DNA from: Mobula birostris
Lineage: Eukaryota
Direction: 5' to 3'
Assembly: GCF_030028105.1 (NCBI RefSeq)
Contig: NC_092375.1
Span: forward strand, 182,191,250-182,255,249
Length of the DNA: 64,000 nt
The notes beneath the pieces were generated by a model, which was not told the origin of the DNA, made no database searches, and saw only the letters and a list, made by a program, of their open reading frames with translations. How positions within the stretch are numbered: position 1 is the first letter of the stretch; every line of letters starts with the position of its first letter. This document shows positions 63,831 to 64,000 of the stretch, in pieces. Both the position numbers and the translations under genes were made by a program.

Positions 63831-64000
63831 AAGAAGGGCTGAGATGGCCTGTTTCCATGCTGTAATTGTTATATGTTCATATGGTTATATCTCTGATTGA
63901 AAACTGCTTCATTTCCATTCATTTATTCAATGCTTGGCATAGCTAGCCCTTGATAATCTTTCTTGCCTTACTCCAGAAGGGAGTGCTGAACACCAGGTTG

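Overview
Eukaryotic genomic DNA, most likely from a cartilaginous fish (inferred from the repeat repertoire: CR1/HER1-like LINEs, HE1-like V-SINEs, Rex-Babar and Penelope-like elements). The only host gene is the 5' end of KCNH7 (ERG3/Kv11.3) on the minus strand. Coding exon 1 is at 52506-52581 and exon 2 at 40816-41046; together they encode the N-cap and PAS (eag) domain. Intron 1 is about 11.5 kb and intron 2 runs off the left edge (>40 kb). Upstream of the ATG are a canonical RE1/NRSE (REST) site and a chain of three abutting uORFs. The rest is mostly transposable-element debris, often nested: RTE, Rex-Babar, CR1, L1, HERO, SINEs, hAT/Tc1/pogo MITEs and a solo LTR. The most notable non-genic system is a recently active Penelope-like family with minimal hammerhead ribozymes. 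It leaves fold-back insertions with ~14-bp target-site duplications. One palindromic hammerhead element of a second family sits inside the catalytic core of a first-family hammerhead. Most entries in the ORF track are TE fragments or chance frames. TE family names come from recognised motifs, not database searches, and boundaries of old TEs are approximate.
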